Source of the DNA: Carpediemonas membranifera BICM
Taxonomy: Eukaryota; Protista; Fornicata
Direction of reading: 5' to 3'
Length of the DNA: 64,000 bases
Assembly (NCBI GenBank): GCA_019828565.1
Contig: JAHDYR010000062.1
Location: 1,312,421 to 1,376,420 of the forward strand
Of this stretch, positions 33,071-44,191 are shown piece by piece (position 1 is the first letter of the stretch; every line of letters starts with the position of its first letter). The position numbers were made by a program, and so were the translations under genes. The notes under the pieces were generated by a model. That model was not told the origin of the DNA, ran no database searches, and saw nothing but the letters and a program-made list of their open reading frames with translations.

Positions 33071-35746
33071 ATGATGAGCATCATTGTGGTCGTGCTCTTG
33101 ACGTTCTTCATTGTACATACGAACGCTGATATCTACGAGTATAGCGACATTGTCCTTCCATGCGCTGATGCATCATATTTTTCGGCAAATGGACTCGTTT
33201 TATCCATTGGAGGGCAATGCGCTGGATCATATACCCCATATTCCATTGTTCCCAGCACTTCTGGCCACAATAATAACATCCAGGACATTTCTGGCGAAAT
33301 TTACGTCACAAACGCTCTCTTCACCGCCACCAGCCGAGCTATCGTCCTCGGGTCGACCACCGCAGCGTGTAACACTTCCACCGTAGCCGTCTGCACGGAC
33401 GGCCCGAAGATAGTAGAGGCCACGCTCGAGACGTGCGCCACCTCCCACTCGGGAACGACGATGGCGACAACGGCCGTCCTCCACGACGGGGGGGTCGGCT
33501 ACTCAGCGCTGCTGTACGACGGCTCGCTGTACTTTGTCGGCGGGACTGATAGCAGTGCGACACCTGTGTCATCTGTCACCATCGTGGACCCTGACACGAT
33601 GGTCCAGACGTCCGGCCCAACCCTGCCGGACCCCAGGGCCGGGGGAGCGGCAGAGGTGCTGGACGGCAAGATCCTGTACTGCGGCGGGCAGACTGTGGAC
33701 GCGACACAGTCGTTCTGTCTCTCCATGGACGGCACGAGCTGGGACGCCGTGCCAACACACTTTGCCACCGACCCGGATGCCACCTTCTCGCTGCTCGCAC
33801 TTGACACACAGACGGTTGTCTTCTTCTCGTCCGTCTCGCAGGTCTGTGTGCTAGTGTCGAGCAAGCTGCAATGCGAGAACTGGTACATGCCCCCGCCCCT
33901 GGAGGCCTTCTACCCCATCCCGGTGTCTGAATCAGCCCTCTATCTCTTTGGAACAGGCCCGGGCAACGCCATATTCCCCCCTGTCTCAGTGATCCTAAAC
34001 TGCACCAACTGTAGCGGCAGCTGCTTCTACGGTGCGTGCATGTGCGCGACGGCCCACTGCGGACCGACGTGCACTGGCGATAACGCGCTGTGGGTGACGC
34101 TCGGCTCTGTCTGGCTTCCCGTGTTCGCCCTGGCCCTGGCCCTCCTGTGCCCCCTGTTCATATGCGCCAACATCTCGATCCAGTGCATGATCCCGACCCA
34201 GTTCACCCTTCTTTTTATCAGCCCCATTTTTTTTGTGATGGGTTTTGTCTGGACTGACCTTCTCTTCCTCGTTCTCCTCGTCATCGCGCTGGTTTGGGTG
34301 CCGTTCAAGATGATGATCGCCCACTTCGGCGGAACATGGTCGTATCTTTTCCTCGTCGCGTTTTGCGGCGACCTTGTCATCTTCCTCATCCACATCCTGT
34401 CGCTCACCCTCACCATGGGCGCAGACGCCTCGTTCAACGCTGAGACGCTCTCATCTTTCTCCAGGAGGGTTGCGCTACTCGCTATCAGCTTCTCAGCGGT
34501 ACTCGCGATCTTCACAGCCCTTGCGTTCCTGATCCGACTCGACCAGACCATCTGGCAGAAGCGCATCATGTTCCGGACGTGTTTCCGGGACGTTGATACT
34601 GTGTCGCGTGCTGGGTTCCTTATTCGACACCAGTCCCTCCCGGTCAAGCGGGCTTACCTCAAGTACCAGGTGCTCCGCGTCCGCCCCCCAGGGACCCCCA
34701 AGGACGTCATCAGGGCAGATAGAGATGACCCGCTGGCTGCATGCCAGGCGATGGTCTCTGCCACTAAGCTGAAGATCCGCCGTACGATGGTTGTCCTGTT
34801 TTCAGGGGAGGTCGGCATCGATGCGGGCGGCCTGTCACGCGAGTTCCTTCGAATGGTCGTGACCAAGCTGCTTGCTGACGGGGCCGTGCTCGAGATGAGG
34901 CCTGGTGGGTACTACGCCGCCCCTGGCCCACTGACGAGCGACGCTGAGGATCAGTGCACGCTGCTGGGGATCCTGCTCGGCCGGGCACTCATCGACGGCC
35001 ACGTGCTGCCCCTGAACGCGTCCCATACCCTGTATCGTGTGCTGTTGGGTCATAAGATTGTCCCCGGCGACCTCAAGGCCGTGGATGCCGAGCTCTACAG
35101 TCAGATCGAGTCACTGAAGCACATCACAGAGCTCGAAAAGCTCGGCCTCTTCTTCGTCGACGACCAGGATCCCGAGCACCCCGTCGACCTCGTCAGAAAC
35201 GGCGGCAGCACCCTTGTTACCGACGCCACCGTTCACCGTTTCGTCCGACTTAAGACGATGGCCCTGCTGACCGGGGCCTACAGGCAGGAGCGGCTGGCAC
35301 TGATCCGTGCCGGGTGGAGCCGTGTGGTGTCGCCCATCGACATGACCATCTTCATCGCCATGGACCTGGCGTTGCTGCTCGAGGGCGGGGTTTCAATCGA
35401 CATTCACGACTGGCGCAAGCACACGATCTACACCAACGGCTACACCGCACACTGTGATGCGATCGTGTGGTTCTGGCGGGCCATCGAGGACCTCACCCAG
35501 GAGGAGAGGAAGGCTGTCATCCGCTTCGTCACGGGGAACGCCTCTGTGCCGGCCTCAGGGTTCGCAGGCCTCCCCGGGCGAGTCAAGTTTGAGGTCACCA
35601 AAGGCAAGCCCGGAAGGCTGCCTGAGGCCCACGCATGCTTCAACGCCCTGGTTTTGGCGGAACCATCAAGCGAGGCTGACGTGCTGGATCAGATACGGTG
35701 GATCCTGGAACTAGACCCGGATTCACTTGGGTTCCATCTCTCGTGA
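33071..35746 (+). CDS. Signal peptide + Kelch-like + EGF-like + ~5 TM + HECT E3 ubiquitin ligase
   Basis: FSGEVGIDAGGLSREF, WFWRAI, VIRFVTG, LPEAHACFN (catalytic Cys); Kelch YFVGG/LYCGG; CSGSCFYGACMCATAHCGPTC. Confidence 0.85.
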   Translation: MMSIIVVVLLTFFIVHTNADIYEYSDIVLPCADASYFSANGLVLSIGGQCAGSYTPYSIVPSTSGHNNNIQDISGEIYVTNALFTATSRAIVLGSTTAACNTSTVAVCTDGPKIVEATLETCATSHSGTTMATTAVLHDGGVGYSALLYDGSLYFVGGTDSSATPVSSVTIVDPDTMVQTSGPTLPDPRAGGAAEVLDGKILYCGGQTVDATQSFCLSMDGTSWDAVPTHFATDPDATFSLLALDTQTVVFFSSVSQVCVLVSSKLQCENWYMPPPLEAFYPIPVSESALYLFGTGPGNAIFPPVSVILNCTNCSGSCFYGACMCATAHCGPTCTGDNALWVTLGSVWLPVFALALALLCPLFICANISIQCMIPTQFTLLFISPIFFVMGFVWTDLLFLVLLVIALVWVPFKMMIAHFGGTWSYLFLVAFCGDLVIFLIHILSLTLTMGADASFNAETLSSFSRRVALLAISFSAVLAIFTALAFLIRLDQTIWQKRIMFRTCFRDVDTVSRAGFLIRHQSLPVKRAYLKYQVLRVRPPGTPKDVIRADRDDPLAACQAMVSATKLKIRRTMVVLFSGEVGIDAGGLSREFLRMVVTKLLADGAVLEMRPGGYYAAPGPLTSDAEDQCTLLGILLGRALIDGHVLPLNASHTLYRVLLGHKIVPGDLKAVDAELYSQIESLKHITELEKLGLFFVDDQDPEHPVDLVRNGGSTLVTDATVHRFVRLKTMALLTGAYRQERLALIRAGWSRVVSPIDMTIFIAMDLALLLEGGVSIDIHDWRKHTIYTNGYTAHCDAIVWFWRAIEDLTQEERKAVIRFVTGNASVPASGFAGLPGRVKFEVTKGKPGRLPEAHACFNALVLAEPSSEADVLDQIRWILELDPDSLGFHLS

Positions 35747-36084
35747 TTGAATCAGTATGCCAGTTTCAGGACAACTGAGTTGAGCTTTGTTTTAAGATTT
35801 GAGCGAGATCGCCTAAATGTTTTTGTCAGATTTGCTATCGCATGCTGTCAGAAGCATTGCAAACCCTAGCTGACCATTCCTATGTATTAGGGTGGCAGGT
35901 CTCATTTGATGCTCTCAGATCACACCTCTTCGATTCAGGCAAGAAAAAGAGATTCAAAGGAGATTCGCACGAAGTCATGGGGTAGACAGGAAAAGAATGC
36001 GGTACCCCGTCAGAAATCACGTTCGAATCACGTTTCTCGCACTCCTGCCAAGAGTGCCCGGATCATCGAATCACAGTGCAGCTT

Positions 36085-39000
36085 ATGGCAAGCGAGGTTG
36101 CAATGCGCCCCAACAACGAACCGGCATGGTGGAACATTCCCGTACGGTTCACGTTTCAGTGGCTCGATAAGATTGTATTTACTGGCCGCAGGCGACAGCT
36201 CACCGAGGATGACCTGTACGAGCTCAAGCCCGAGTTCCTGAGCGCTGATTCGGCTACAAAGCTCGAGGCGCGTCTTGCGAAGACAAAGGGCCCCGCGCGC
36301 CTTCATCGTGCGATTCTGACAAGCTTCTGCATCCCTTTCCTGTTCGCGGGTTTCTTCAAGCTGGTGCACGACATCTGCATGTTCATCGCTCCGATGATGA
36401 TCCCCACCTGGGTCAGCTACATCGAGGAGCTCCAGGCGGACAAGTCGTGGAGCCGCGTCTGGGTTGGCCTTCTTCTGGCGCTCGTGCTGCTCCTCAACTA
36501 CATTATCCAGTCGTTCTGCCTCAACCAGTACTTCTTCATAGTACAGCGGACGGGGCTCAAGGTCCGCACTGCCCTGTCACACGCCGTCTACCGCAAGACC
36601 ACCCGCGTGAGTGAGTCCATCCGGCAGCGGTCGTCGACGGGTAAGCTGGTCAACCTCCTCTTCACTGACACTCAGCGCATACAGACGGTATTCAATTTCA
36701 TGCACCTCATCTGGAGTTCACCGTTCCAGATCATTGTCGCACTCACCCTGCTCAGCTACTCCATCGGCCCCGCCGGCCTCGCTGGTGTCGCCGTCATGAT
36801 CCTCATGATTCCTGTGAACTCCAAGCTCGGCAAGGTCATGATCACCTTCCGGCGCCGCATTCTGAACGTCACAGACGAGCGAGTGCGGCAGATGGGCGAG
36901 GGGCTCAACGGCATGCGGATCCTCAAGATGACTGCGTGGGAACTACGGTACGCCGACAGGGTCAAGCGCACCCGAATGAAGGAGGTCGGCTGGCTGCTCC
37001 GGATCGCCGTGCTCCAGTCCGTGATCTGGTTCATCTCATGGTCGAGCCCCATCCTCGTCACTGTCGCGACGTTCATCGTGTTCGCTATGATTCCCGGCAA
37101 CGAGCTGACCACCTCGTCCGCTTTCGTCACCCTTAACCTGCTCAAGTCGATGCAGTTTAGCGTCCAGTTCATTCCCACCCTCATCAGCATGCTGGCGACT
37201 GCCCAGGTCAGCATGAAGCGTATCTACGGGTATCTGGACCTCCCTGAGGTCTCATCCAAGGTCACCGAGGACCCAGAGGACCCCAACGCCATCACAGTGC
37301 AGGGTGGGCCCTCGTTCTCGTTCGAGGCGGAGAACGAGGGCGAAAAGATCGACTCCCTCATCGCGGACATGGAGAAGAAGCGCCGCACCCTCAAGGACAG
37401 ATTGCTGCGCCGCAACAAGGAGAGGCAGAAGCACGCCAGCGGCACCGCGACCCCGTCCCGGAAGGCAACGAGCACGATCCTCCACGACATCAACATCGCC
37501 GTCCCCCGCGGCCAGATGACGGCGATCACGGGCAGCGTCGGCAGCGGCAAGAGCGCGCTGCTGTCCGCCGTGCTGGGGGAGATGCGGCTCATCCCGGGCG
37601 AGACGGGACCTGTCGTGAATGTCAACGGCATGGTCGCCTTTGCCTCCCAGTCTGCGTGGATCGCTAATAAGACGCTGCGGGAGAACATCCTATTCGACCG
37701 GCCCTACGACAAGGAACTGTACCGCAAAGTCATCTGGGCGTCGTGCCTGGCGGACGATATCTCCCAGTTCGAGTCCGGGGACCAGGTTGAGATCGGCGAG
37801 AAGGGCATCAACCTCTCCGGCGGGCAGAAGCAGCGCGTGGCCATCGCCCGGGCTCTATACTCCATCCAGGACCGCGACATCTTCATCTTCGACGACCCCC
37901 TCGCCGCCGTCGACGCCCACGTCGCCAAGCGCCTCTTCGCCCGTGCCTTCAAGACGCTCCTCAAGGGCAAGACGGTCATCCTCGTGACACACCAGGAGCA
38001 GTACGTGCCTCGCTGCGACCACCTCGTCCATATGGCCCAGGGGCGGGTCGTGGAGTCGTCCCCGGTCGCTAGACTGCGGGAGGAGGGCCGGCTTGGGCAG
38101 TTTGTGTCGGTCAAGACAGACGCGGATGATGACGTGATTGTCACTCCCGAGGACATCGACCTCGACGCCGACTATATGCAGACGGACATGCACGACGAGA
38201 GCGCCGCCGCAGCCCAGGCCAAGGGCAAGCTGATGACTGTCGAGACCTCCGAGACCGGAGCCGTGTCGGTCCGGATCATTCTGAAGTACCTGATGTCCAT
38301 GGGCGGCGTTGGCGCCCTCCTGCTGACGGTGCTGGTTTACGGGTTGGGCCAGGCGTCCAACCTCAGCATCGACCTGGTACTGTCGTACTGGTCCAGCGCC
38401 TCGCAGGACTACTTCTGGTACTGTCTCGCCGGTTACGTCGGGGCAGCCCTCTTCGCCATCCTCTGCATCTTCCTCCGCAACATCGTCACGTCCATGCTGA
38501 CGCTGCGGGCGTCGTACAAGCTCCACAGCAAGATGCTCGACAGCGTCATGCGGGCCCCAATGAGTCTGTTCGAGGTCACCCCGACCGGCCGCATTCTCAA
38601 CCGGTTCTCGAAGGACGTCGACGCCCTCGACTCGTCGATGCCCAACTCATGGGCCAGCCTCATGGCAATGGTCAGCGGGGTCGTCGTCAACTTCATCACA
38701 CTCGTCGTGCTCAACTTCTTCTTCATAATCCCGCTCGTCCCCATCCTCATCGTCTATGTCGCCATCCTCCAGCTGTTCCGGGCTTCTGCTCGCATGCTCA
38801 AGCGTATGGACAGCACCACGAGGTCTCCTGTCTTCGCCCAGTTCGAAGAGACGCTGGCGGGCCTCACCACCATCAGGGCCTTCAAGGTGTCCGACCGCTT
38901 CGTCCACAACAACGCCGAGGCCGTCGACCGTAACAACCGCGCGCTGTACACCCAGACCATCCTCCTCCGCTGGCTCGCCCTCCGCCTTGAGATCCTCGGC

Positions 39001-40044
39001 TCCTTCATCGTCTTCTTCGTCGCCATGTGCGGGTCCATCATCGCGCCCCTCGACATCGTCGCGGCGTCCCTCTTCGCGCTCTCGCTCACCATCAGCCTCA
39101 ACATGACCCAGTCGCTGGCTTGGCTCGTGCGGCAGACGACAGAGGTCGAGGTCGGCCTCAACGCCGTCGAGCGCGTCGTGGAATACTCCAAGTTGCCCCA
39201 GGAGAAGGCCCTCACTAACTACGTCACCAAGGAGCTCAAGGCCTCCCAGTGGCCGCAGACGGGCTCCATCGTCTTCAAGGACCTTAAAGTGCGGTATCGA
39301 CCAGAGCTGCCCGTCGTGCTCAGCATCGCGGACCTGACCATCGCAGACGGCCAGAAGGTCGGCGTGGTTGGGCGTACCGGCAGCGGCAAGTCGACGCTGT
39401 TCAACGTGCTCTTCAGGATCATCGAGGCGGACGAGGGTTCCTCTGTCACCGTAGACAACCGCTGCATCCAGGACCTCGGCCTCCACGACGTCCGGCACGC
39501 CCTGGCGATCATCCCGCAGGACCCCGTGCTCTTCAACGCGACGCTGCGGTACAATCTGGACCCCTACGATGAGTTCACGGACGAGCAGATCTGGGAGAAG
39601 CTGGAGCTCGTCAAAATCCGCGGCGTCATCGAGGCGATGGCCGACGGCGAGCCTACGCTGTCCGTGCCAGTGCGGGAGGCCGGCGGGAACTTTTCCCAGG
39701 GCCAGCGGCAGCTCCTCTGCATCGCCCGGGCATTGCTCCGGGACGCCCGCATCATCTGCCTCGACGAGGCCACTGCCAGTGTCGACCTGGAGACGGACCG
39801 CTTCATCCAGTCCATGATCAGGGAGCAGTTTAAGGACAAGACCGTGCTGACCGTCGCACACCGACTCAACACAGTCATCGATTCCGACATGGTTCTGGTC
39901 CTCGACCAGGGCGCCGTAGCTGAGTATGGCCCGCCCAAGACACTGGCGGAGCACGGAGGTGAGTTCGCCCGGCTCGTTGAGGAAAGTGGGCAAGCAGCGG
40001 AGCTGTTCGCGCAGCTCGGCGTCGGATCGGCGAAGGAAGATTAA
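36085..40044 (+). CDS. ABC transporter C family (MRP-like), full-size
   Basis: Two TMDs and two NBDs: GSVGSGKS / LSGGQKQR / DDPLAAVD and GRTGSGKS / FSQGQRQ / DEATASVD. Confidence 0.96.
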   Translation: MASEVAMRPNNEPAWWNIPVRFTFQWLDKIVFTGRRRQLTEDDLYELKPEFLSADSATKLEARLAKTKGPARLHRAILTSFCIPFLFAGFFKLVHDICMFIAPMMIPTWVSYIEELQADKSWSRVWVGLLLALVLLLNYIIQSFCLNQYFFIVQRTGLKVRTALSHAVYRKTTRVSESIRQRSSTGKLVNLLFTDTQRIQTVFNFMHLIWSSPFQIIVALTLLSYSIGPAGLAGVAVMILMIPVNSKLGKVMITFRRRILNVTDERVRQMGEGLNGMRILKMTAWELRYADRVKRTRMKEVGWLLRIAVLQSVIWFISWSSPILVTVATFIVFAMIPGNELTTSSAFVTLNLLKSMQFSVQFIPTLISMLATAQVSMKRIYGYLDLPEVSSKVTEDPEDPNAITVQGGPSFSFEAENEGEKIDSLIADMEKKRRTLKDRLLRRNKERQKHASGTATPSRKATSTILHDINIAVPRGQMTAITGSVGSGKSALLSAVLGEMRLIPGETGPVVNVNGMVAFASQSAWIANKTLRENILFDRPYDKELYRKVIWASCLADDISQFESGDQVEIGEKGINLSGGQKQRVAIARALYSIQDRDIFIFDDPLAAVDAHVAKRLFARAFKTLLKGKTVILVTHQEQYVPRCDHLVHMAQGRVVESSPVARLREEGRLGQFVSVKTDADDDVIVTPEDIDLDADYMQTDMHDESAAAAQAKGKLMTVETSETGAVSVRIILKYLMSMGGVGALLLTVLVYGLGQASNLSIDLVLSYWSSASQDYFWYCLAGYVGAALFAILCIFLRNIVTSMLTLRASYKLHSKMLDSVMRAPMSLFEVTPTGRILNRFSKDVDALDSSMPNSWASLMAMVSGVVVNFITLVVLNFFFIIPLVPILIVYVAILQLFRASARMLKRMDSTTRSPVFAQFEETLAGLTTIRAFKVSDRFVHNNAEAVDRNNRALYTQTILLRWLALRLEILGSFIVFFVAMCGSIIAPLDIVAASLFALSLTISLNMTQSLAWLVRQTTEVEVGLNAVERVVEYSKLPQEKALTNYVTKELKASQWPQTGSIVFKDLKVRYRPELPVVLSIADLTIADGQKVGVVGRTGSGKSTLFNVLFRIIEADEGSSVTVDNRCIQDLGLHDVRHALAIIPQDPVLFNATLRYNLDPYDEFTDEQIWEKLELVKIRGVIEAMADGEPTLSVPVREAGGNFSQGQRQLLCIARALLRDARIICLDEATASVDLETDRFIQSMIREQFKDKTVLTVAHRLNTVIDSDMVLVLDQGAVAEYGPPKTLAEHGGEFARLVEESGQAAELFAQLGVGSAKED

Positions 40045-40220
40045 TCTGTCCATAAAATCGCATTTTAGTGCATATTTGATGTCTTTTCAAGGATATATGG
40101 AGGCGATCCGGCGCTTTCTGGGGCTACCAGTCCGCGAATATATTGTGTGTTAAGCTGCGCGTCCGGGAGTGGGATGAAACGGCAACTTTCCGAATATCTC
40201 TTAGCCCGACACCTCTTGGT

Positions 40221-43200
40221 ATGTCTGGACAATTAGAAAGAGTTATTGGGCCATTTGAATCCTTATATCGCCGCTCAAATGCGGGAGGAATGGCATCAGT
40301 TACCGTCAAGCCGCCTCTGTGGGCGCTACGCATCATTGGCGAGATCTACGAAGAACGCGACATCATTATCCAGCAGAAGCATCTTCAAATGATCGCAGCG
40401 AAGCAGAAGAACAGCAAGTGGATCTACGAGTGCCTCTTCAGAAAGTATGGGCTCCGTTCACTCACGGACCAGAAGTGCCACCTCCTCTACCGCACTGCCG
40501 AGTTCCACGCCGAGAAGAGCGACGAGCTGCAGATGTTCTTGGACATCGTCAACGACAAGATCAGCCCCGGCGTGTTCAGCTTCATTGTCCAGATCCGCCG
40601 GGTTCTCCTGGTAACACTTTGCCGCGGAGAGTTCGTGTCCAACCTATCGCAGCTGCGGTTCCCCCCGCACCGTGTTCGGGACATCGCCCAGATCGTGTTC
40701 ATGCAGAACTGCCCCTCGTGCATCAGGGGCGTCGAGCAGCGGCTCCAGACGAGGGGAAACAGACTCACGGCGTTTAGATTCGTTGAGGGCTGTGTCCTTG
40801 AGCTTCAGAAGGAGCTCGAGGCCCGGGCCCACCCCCCGGCCGACCTGAGGTCCACCCGGCCCTCTGACTTCAGCCGTTTCGACGAACCACAGGCACTGGA
40901 CGAGTCTGCCCTGGAGCAGACAGACCTCGGGGACACCGCGGACGACGACACCGCGTCCGTGGACACTGAGGACGACGAGATTGTCACGGCCCTCGACCGG
41001 CGGTCACCTGACACACAGGCCCGCGTCCTCTTGACCGGCATGCTCCTCGGAGAGGTGGAGGCCGCCTGCACCGAGGCACTCGACCTCAGCAGCCCCGTGA
41101 ACCGGAGAATCACGGCCATGGCGTCGCTGGTCGACACGCCCCTGCCGGTTCCCGGCCGGACTGAGGGCGACATGAGGATCGCGGACCTTGAGCCGGCCCC
41201 GGATCGGACGGTGTCCAAGGACGAGCTCGCCACTATCCTCGGCAGACTCGAGGCGCTCGAGTCCACGGCTGTTCAGGCCCAGGAGGCGGCGATGACCGCT
41301 GCAAAGTCAGCCCAGGACGAGGCTGCCCTCACCGCAGTCAAGGCGGACCTCGACTGCACCCAGTCCGAGCTGGCGACGACCCGGGTTGAGCTGGAGAGCA
41401 ACAGGGCAGCCATCGCGGACAAGGACGCCATGCTCGCCGATGCCCGAGCCAAGGTCGCTACCGTGGAGGCCGAGCTCGCCGCAGCTGCGACAGCTACCCA
41501 CGAGGCCGGCGAGGAGAACCACAAGCTGCGGTCGACCCTGGCTGAAGTCGAGACGACGCTGCGGGCCAAGGAGGAGGAGATTGGAGGCCTGCAAGATGAT
41601 CTGCACGCCGCTGCTGATCTCAAGGTGAAGCTCGAGGAGCAGCTCAAGGCAGCCGAGGCCAGGGCCGCGGAACTTGCTACTCGCGAGCCCGAGCCCAAGC
41701 CCGACGCCGACACGGAGGCCGAGCTGACCCAGGCGCGGTCGAAGATCACCGACCTCGAGGCCTCGCTGGCCGCCGCAGCCCTCGCCAAGGCCGAGACGGA
41801 GGCAGCCCTCAGACAGGCCAAGAAGGAGCTCGAGGCTGACCGGGCCGCCGCAAGGGAGAATGCCGACGACGAGCTCAAGGCGGCGCTGGACCGTGTCCGG
41901 CAGGCTGAGGAGGGCCGCGAGGAAGTGAGGGTGGAACTCGTAGCCGAGTTCGAGGCCCATGGGCGGACCCGGGCCGAGCTCACAAGAACCTCCGAGGCCC
42001 TCGCCGTCGTCAAGGAGGAGATGGACCAGGCTATGACGACCGTGGCACAGCTGGAGCGGACGTGCGCCGCTCAAACGGCGGAGATCAGCGGGCTCACAAG
42101 CGCCAACGAGGAGCTCAAGACCGAGAACGCAGCCCTGCTCGCCGCACAGGCCAAGGCCCGCGAGTCCCAGGACGCCGAGACCTCCCACGCTGAGCTCGAG
42201 AGTGCGAGACAAGAGATCATCGCGCTTCAGGCCAAGCTTTCTCAGGCCGATGAGGCGGCTGTGATAGAGGCCGAGCGCGCCGCTCAGCAGCTCGCCGAAA
42301 TCAGCAAGGAGCGTGACACCGCCAGAGAAGAGGCGCATGTCTGCCTGGCCCGTGCCGAGGAGAGTCGTGCGCAGGCTGCGGACCTTGAGAAGGAGCTGGA
42401 GTCCGAGCGGAAGATCTCGGAGGGACTGAAGGTGCGTGTCGCTAAGATGATCCCCGCCGCCCGCGCCGATGCCCTCAAGAAGCAGGCCGACTCCCTCCTC
42501 GAGCGGCTCGGCATTGCGGAGACGAGCGCCCGCACCCTCGCCGAGAGGGAGGCTGAGTGGGTGCAGTTTAAGGAGTCGGCCCGAAATTCCCATAAGGTCG
42601 CCAACCGGACCATTGCCGATCTCACTACGCTGCTGGGCGACGCCGTGACGGCCCTCGAGAACGTGAACACCCGAGACGTCGACTCGCCCTTCGTGACGAA
42701 GCTGGTCGCCCGGGCACGCGCAGAGGGCGTCACCTCGTTGTCAACCGTCAAGGACGTCTCCTGCGTGACATTCCGGGAGCTCCGCAAGGACGTCCCCGAC
42801 ACTAAACTGCGGGTGACTCTGACCCCGACTGGAGACGGGAAGAACAAGCTCATCCGCAGCGAGGACGTCACCAAGGACGATCGGTGCACTGTGTTTGACC
42901 AGCTTGTGCCCAAGAAGGGGCCGGCCCACACGGCATTCCAGACGGAGACCAAGTTTGACCTGTATATCTGGGCCCGCAAGGACGCCAAGGCCGGTATCAA
43001 ATCGGATCAGATGGTGCTGATTGAGACTATCTCCATATCCGACCTTGTGCCGTTTGAGATGCCATCTGACGACGTGAAGCAGGGGCGATTCCTCAACAAC
43101 ATCGTCACAATCACGGTGGCTGGCGTCGAAATGTGGAAGGAGCCGACCTGGGCGACGCCCAAGCCCCCACCGATGGCCCCGGTCGACCTGCCGACCCTCA

Positions 43201-43475
43201 AGGCTGTCGCGGAGACCAAGCCGGAGACGATCAAGCCCGACGTGATGCCCCCCAAGGCCACAGACGCCCCCGTCGCCGTCCCCCCGCTCACACAGCCCGC
43301 CAGTGTCGTGCGGCGAGCTGAGCTGAGCTCTCGGGTGGAGGGCGACCCTGTGTCGCCCGTGGTGTCCACCCCCACCGTGGCCGAGCGGATCAAGCGGGCG
43401 GAAGAGCGGGCCCGGCAGCAGGAGCAGGCCGAGCGGGAGCAGGCCGGGGAGATGATGGACTTTATCCAGAGGTGA
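40221..43475 (+). CDS. Large coiled-coil protein (start uncertain)
   Basis: ~1100-aa ORF with a long A/E-rich heptad region. Confidence 0.75.
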   Translation: MSGQLERVIGPFESLYRRSNAGGMASVTVKPPLWALRIIGEIYEERDIIIQQKHLQMIAAKQKNSKWIYECLFRKYGLRSLTDQKCHLLYRTAEFHAEKSDELQMFLDIVNDKISPGVFSFIVQIRRVLLVTLCRGEFVSNLSQLRFPPHRVRDIAQIVFMQNCPSCIRGVEQRLQTRGNRLTAFRFVEGCVLELQKELEARAHPPADLRSTRPSDFSRFDEPQALDESALEQTDLGDTADDDTASVDTEDDEIVTALDRRSPDTQARVLLTGMLLGEVEAACTEALDLSSPVNRRITAMASLVDTPLPVPGRTEGDMRIADLEPAPDRTVSKDELATILGRLEALESTAVQAQEAAMTAAKSAQDEAALTAVKADLDCTQSELATTRVELESNRAAIADKDAMLADARAKVATVEAELAAAATATHEAGEENHKLRSTLAEVETTLRAKEEEIGGLQDDLHAAADLKVKLEEQLKAAEARAAELATREPEPKPDADTEAELTQARSKITDLEASLAAAALAKAETEAALRQAKKELEADRAAARENADDELKAALDRVRQAEEGREEVRVELVAEFEAHGRTRAELTRTSEALAVVKEEMDQAMTTVAQLERTCAAQTAEISGLTSANEELKTENAALLAAQAKARESQDAETSHAELESARQEIIALQAKLSQADEAAVIEAERAAQQLAEISKERDTAREEAHVCLARAEESRAQAADLEKELESERKISEGLKVRVAKMIPAARADALKKQADSLLERLGIAETSARTLAEREAEWVQFKESARNSHKVANRTIADLTTLLGDAVTALENVNTRDVDSPFVTKLVARARAEGVTSLSTVKDVSCVTFRELRKDVPDTKLRVTLTPTGDGKNKLIRSEDVTKDDRCTVFDQLVPKKGPAHTAFQTETKFDLYIWARKDAKAGIKSDQMVLIETISISDLVPFEMPSDDVKQGRFLNNIVTITVAGVEMWKEPTWATPKPPPMAPVDLPTLKAVAETKPETIKPDVMPPKATDAPVAVPPLTQPASVVRRAELSSRVEGDPVSPVVSTPTVAERIKRAEERARQQEQAEREQAGEMMDFIQR

Positions 43476-43629
43476 CTGTAATGCATAAATTATTCGCTGC
43501 ATGGGGCAGTCTGCCCGGAAGAGCCAACCTGGTGGCCACGGCGGACACCGGGTATGGTCAGTTCCATCCAGCCTGTCTCGGACTCCACTGGCGGCTGCAT
43601 ATGTACTGCTGCGGCAGTATAGCAGCGTG

Positions 43630-43672
43630 TGTTGCGCAGTATAAACACATTGTTGGACCCTTCAATAGCACA
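43630..43672 (-). mobile_element. 43-bp TGT...ACA micro-element with 5-bp TSD GCGTG
   Basis: Exact reverse complement of 4704-4746; GCGTG at 43625-43629 and 43673-43677. Confidence 0.8.
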
Positions 43673-43705
43673 GCGTGATCTCGGCTTAACCTGCCACCTG
43701 TGGCG

Positions 43706-44191
43706 ATGGCCATTAAACTCAAGAAGAACGCAGCGAAGAAGAAGAAGATCGGGATACAGAACAGAGATGCCGCTCGAACTGTCGAAATTAGCAGAGAATC
43801 CTCTCCAGCTGCAGAACCCGCTGTTGAGCAACTGCACGAGGAGCCTGTGCGCGACTCTCACGTACCTTCATGGCTTCAGAAGCCTACAGTGGCTAAGAGG
43901 TCGTCAAAAAGTCTGCTTGAGCAATTCATGGACGTCCAGAAGGATCTTGACGCTGCTGAATCTCGGTGTGACGAGAAGCCCGAGGGGCTCTTCGATGACG
44001 GCCCCGCAAGACCTGCAGAACGGAAGGTCACCTTCGATGACATTGACGCGGTGGCCCGTACTATTGTGGACGGGTGGAGGATCCCCGACCGGCCCAAGGC
44101 GAAGGTGGCGAGGGTCCGGGCGACGAACGGGGCGGGGATCGGGTACAGGCCGGCCAAGAAGAAGGAGTACAGCGAGGAGTGGAAGAAATGA
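43706..44191 (+). CDS. Small Lys-rich hypothetical protein
   Basis: ~160-aa ORF with coding-like codon usage. Confidence 0.55.
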   Translation: MAIKLKKNAAKKKKIGIQNRDAARTVEISRESSPAAEPAVEQLHEEPVRDSHVPSWLQKPTVAKRSSKSLLEQFMDVQKDLDAAESRCDEKPEGLFDDGPARPAERKVTFDDIDAVARTIVDGWRIPDRPKAKVARVRATNGAGIGYRPAKKKEYSEEWKK

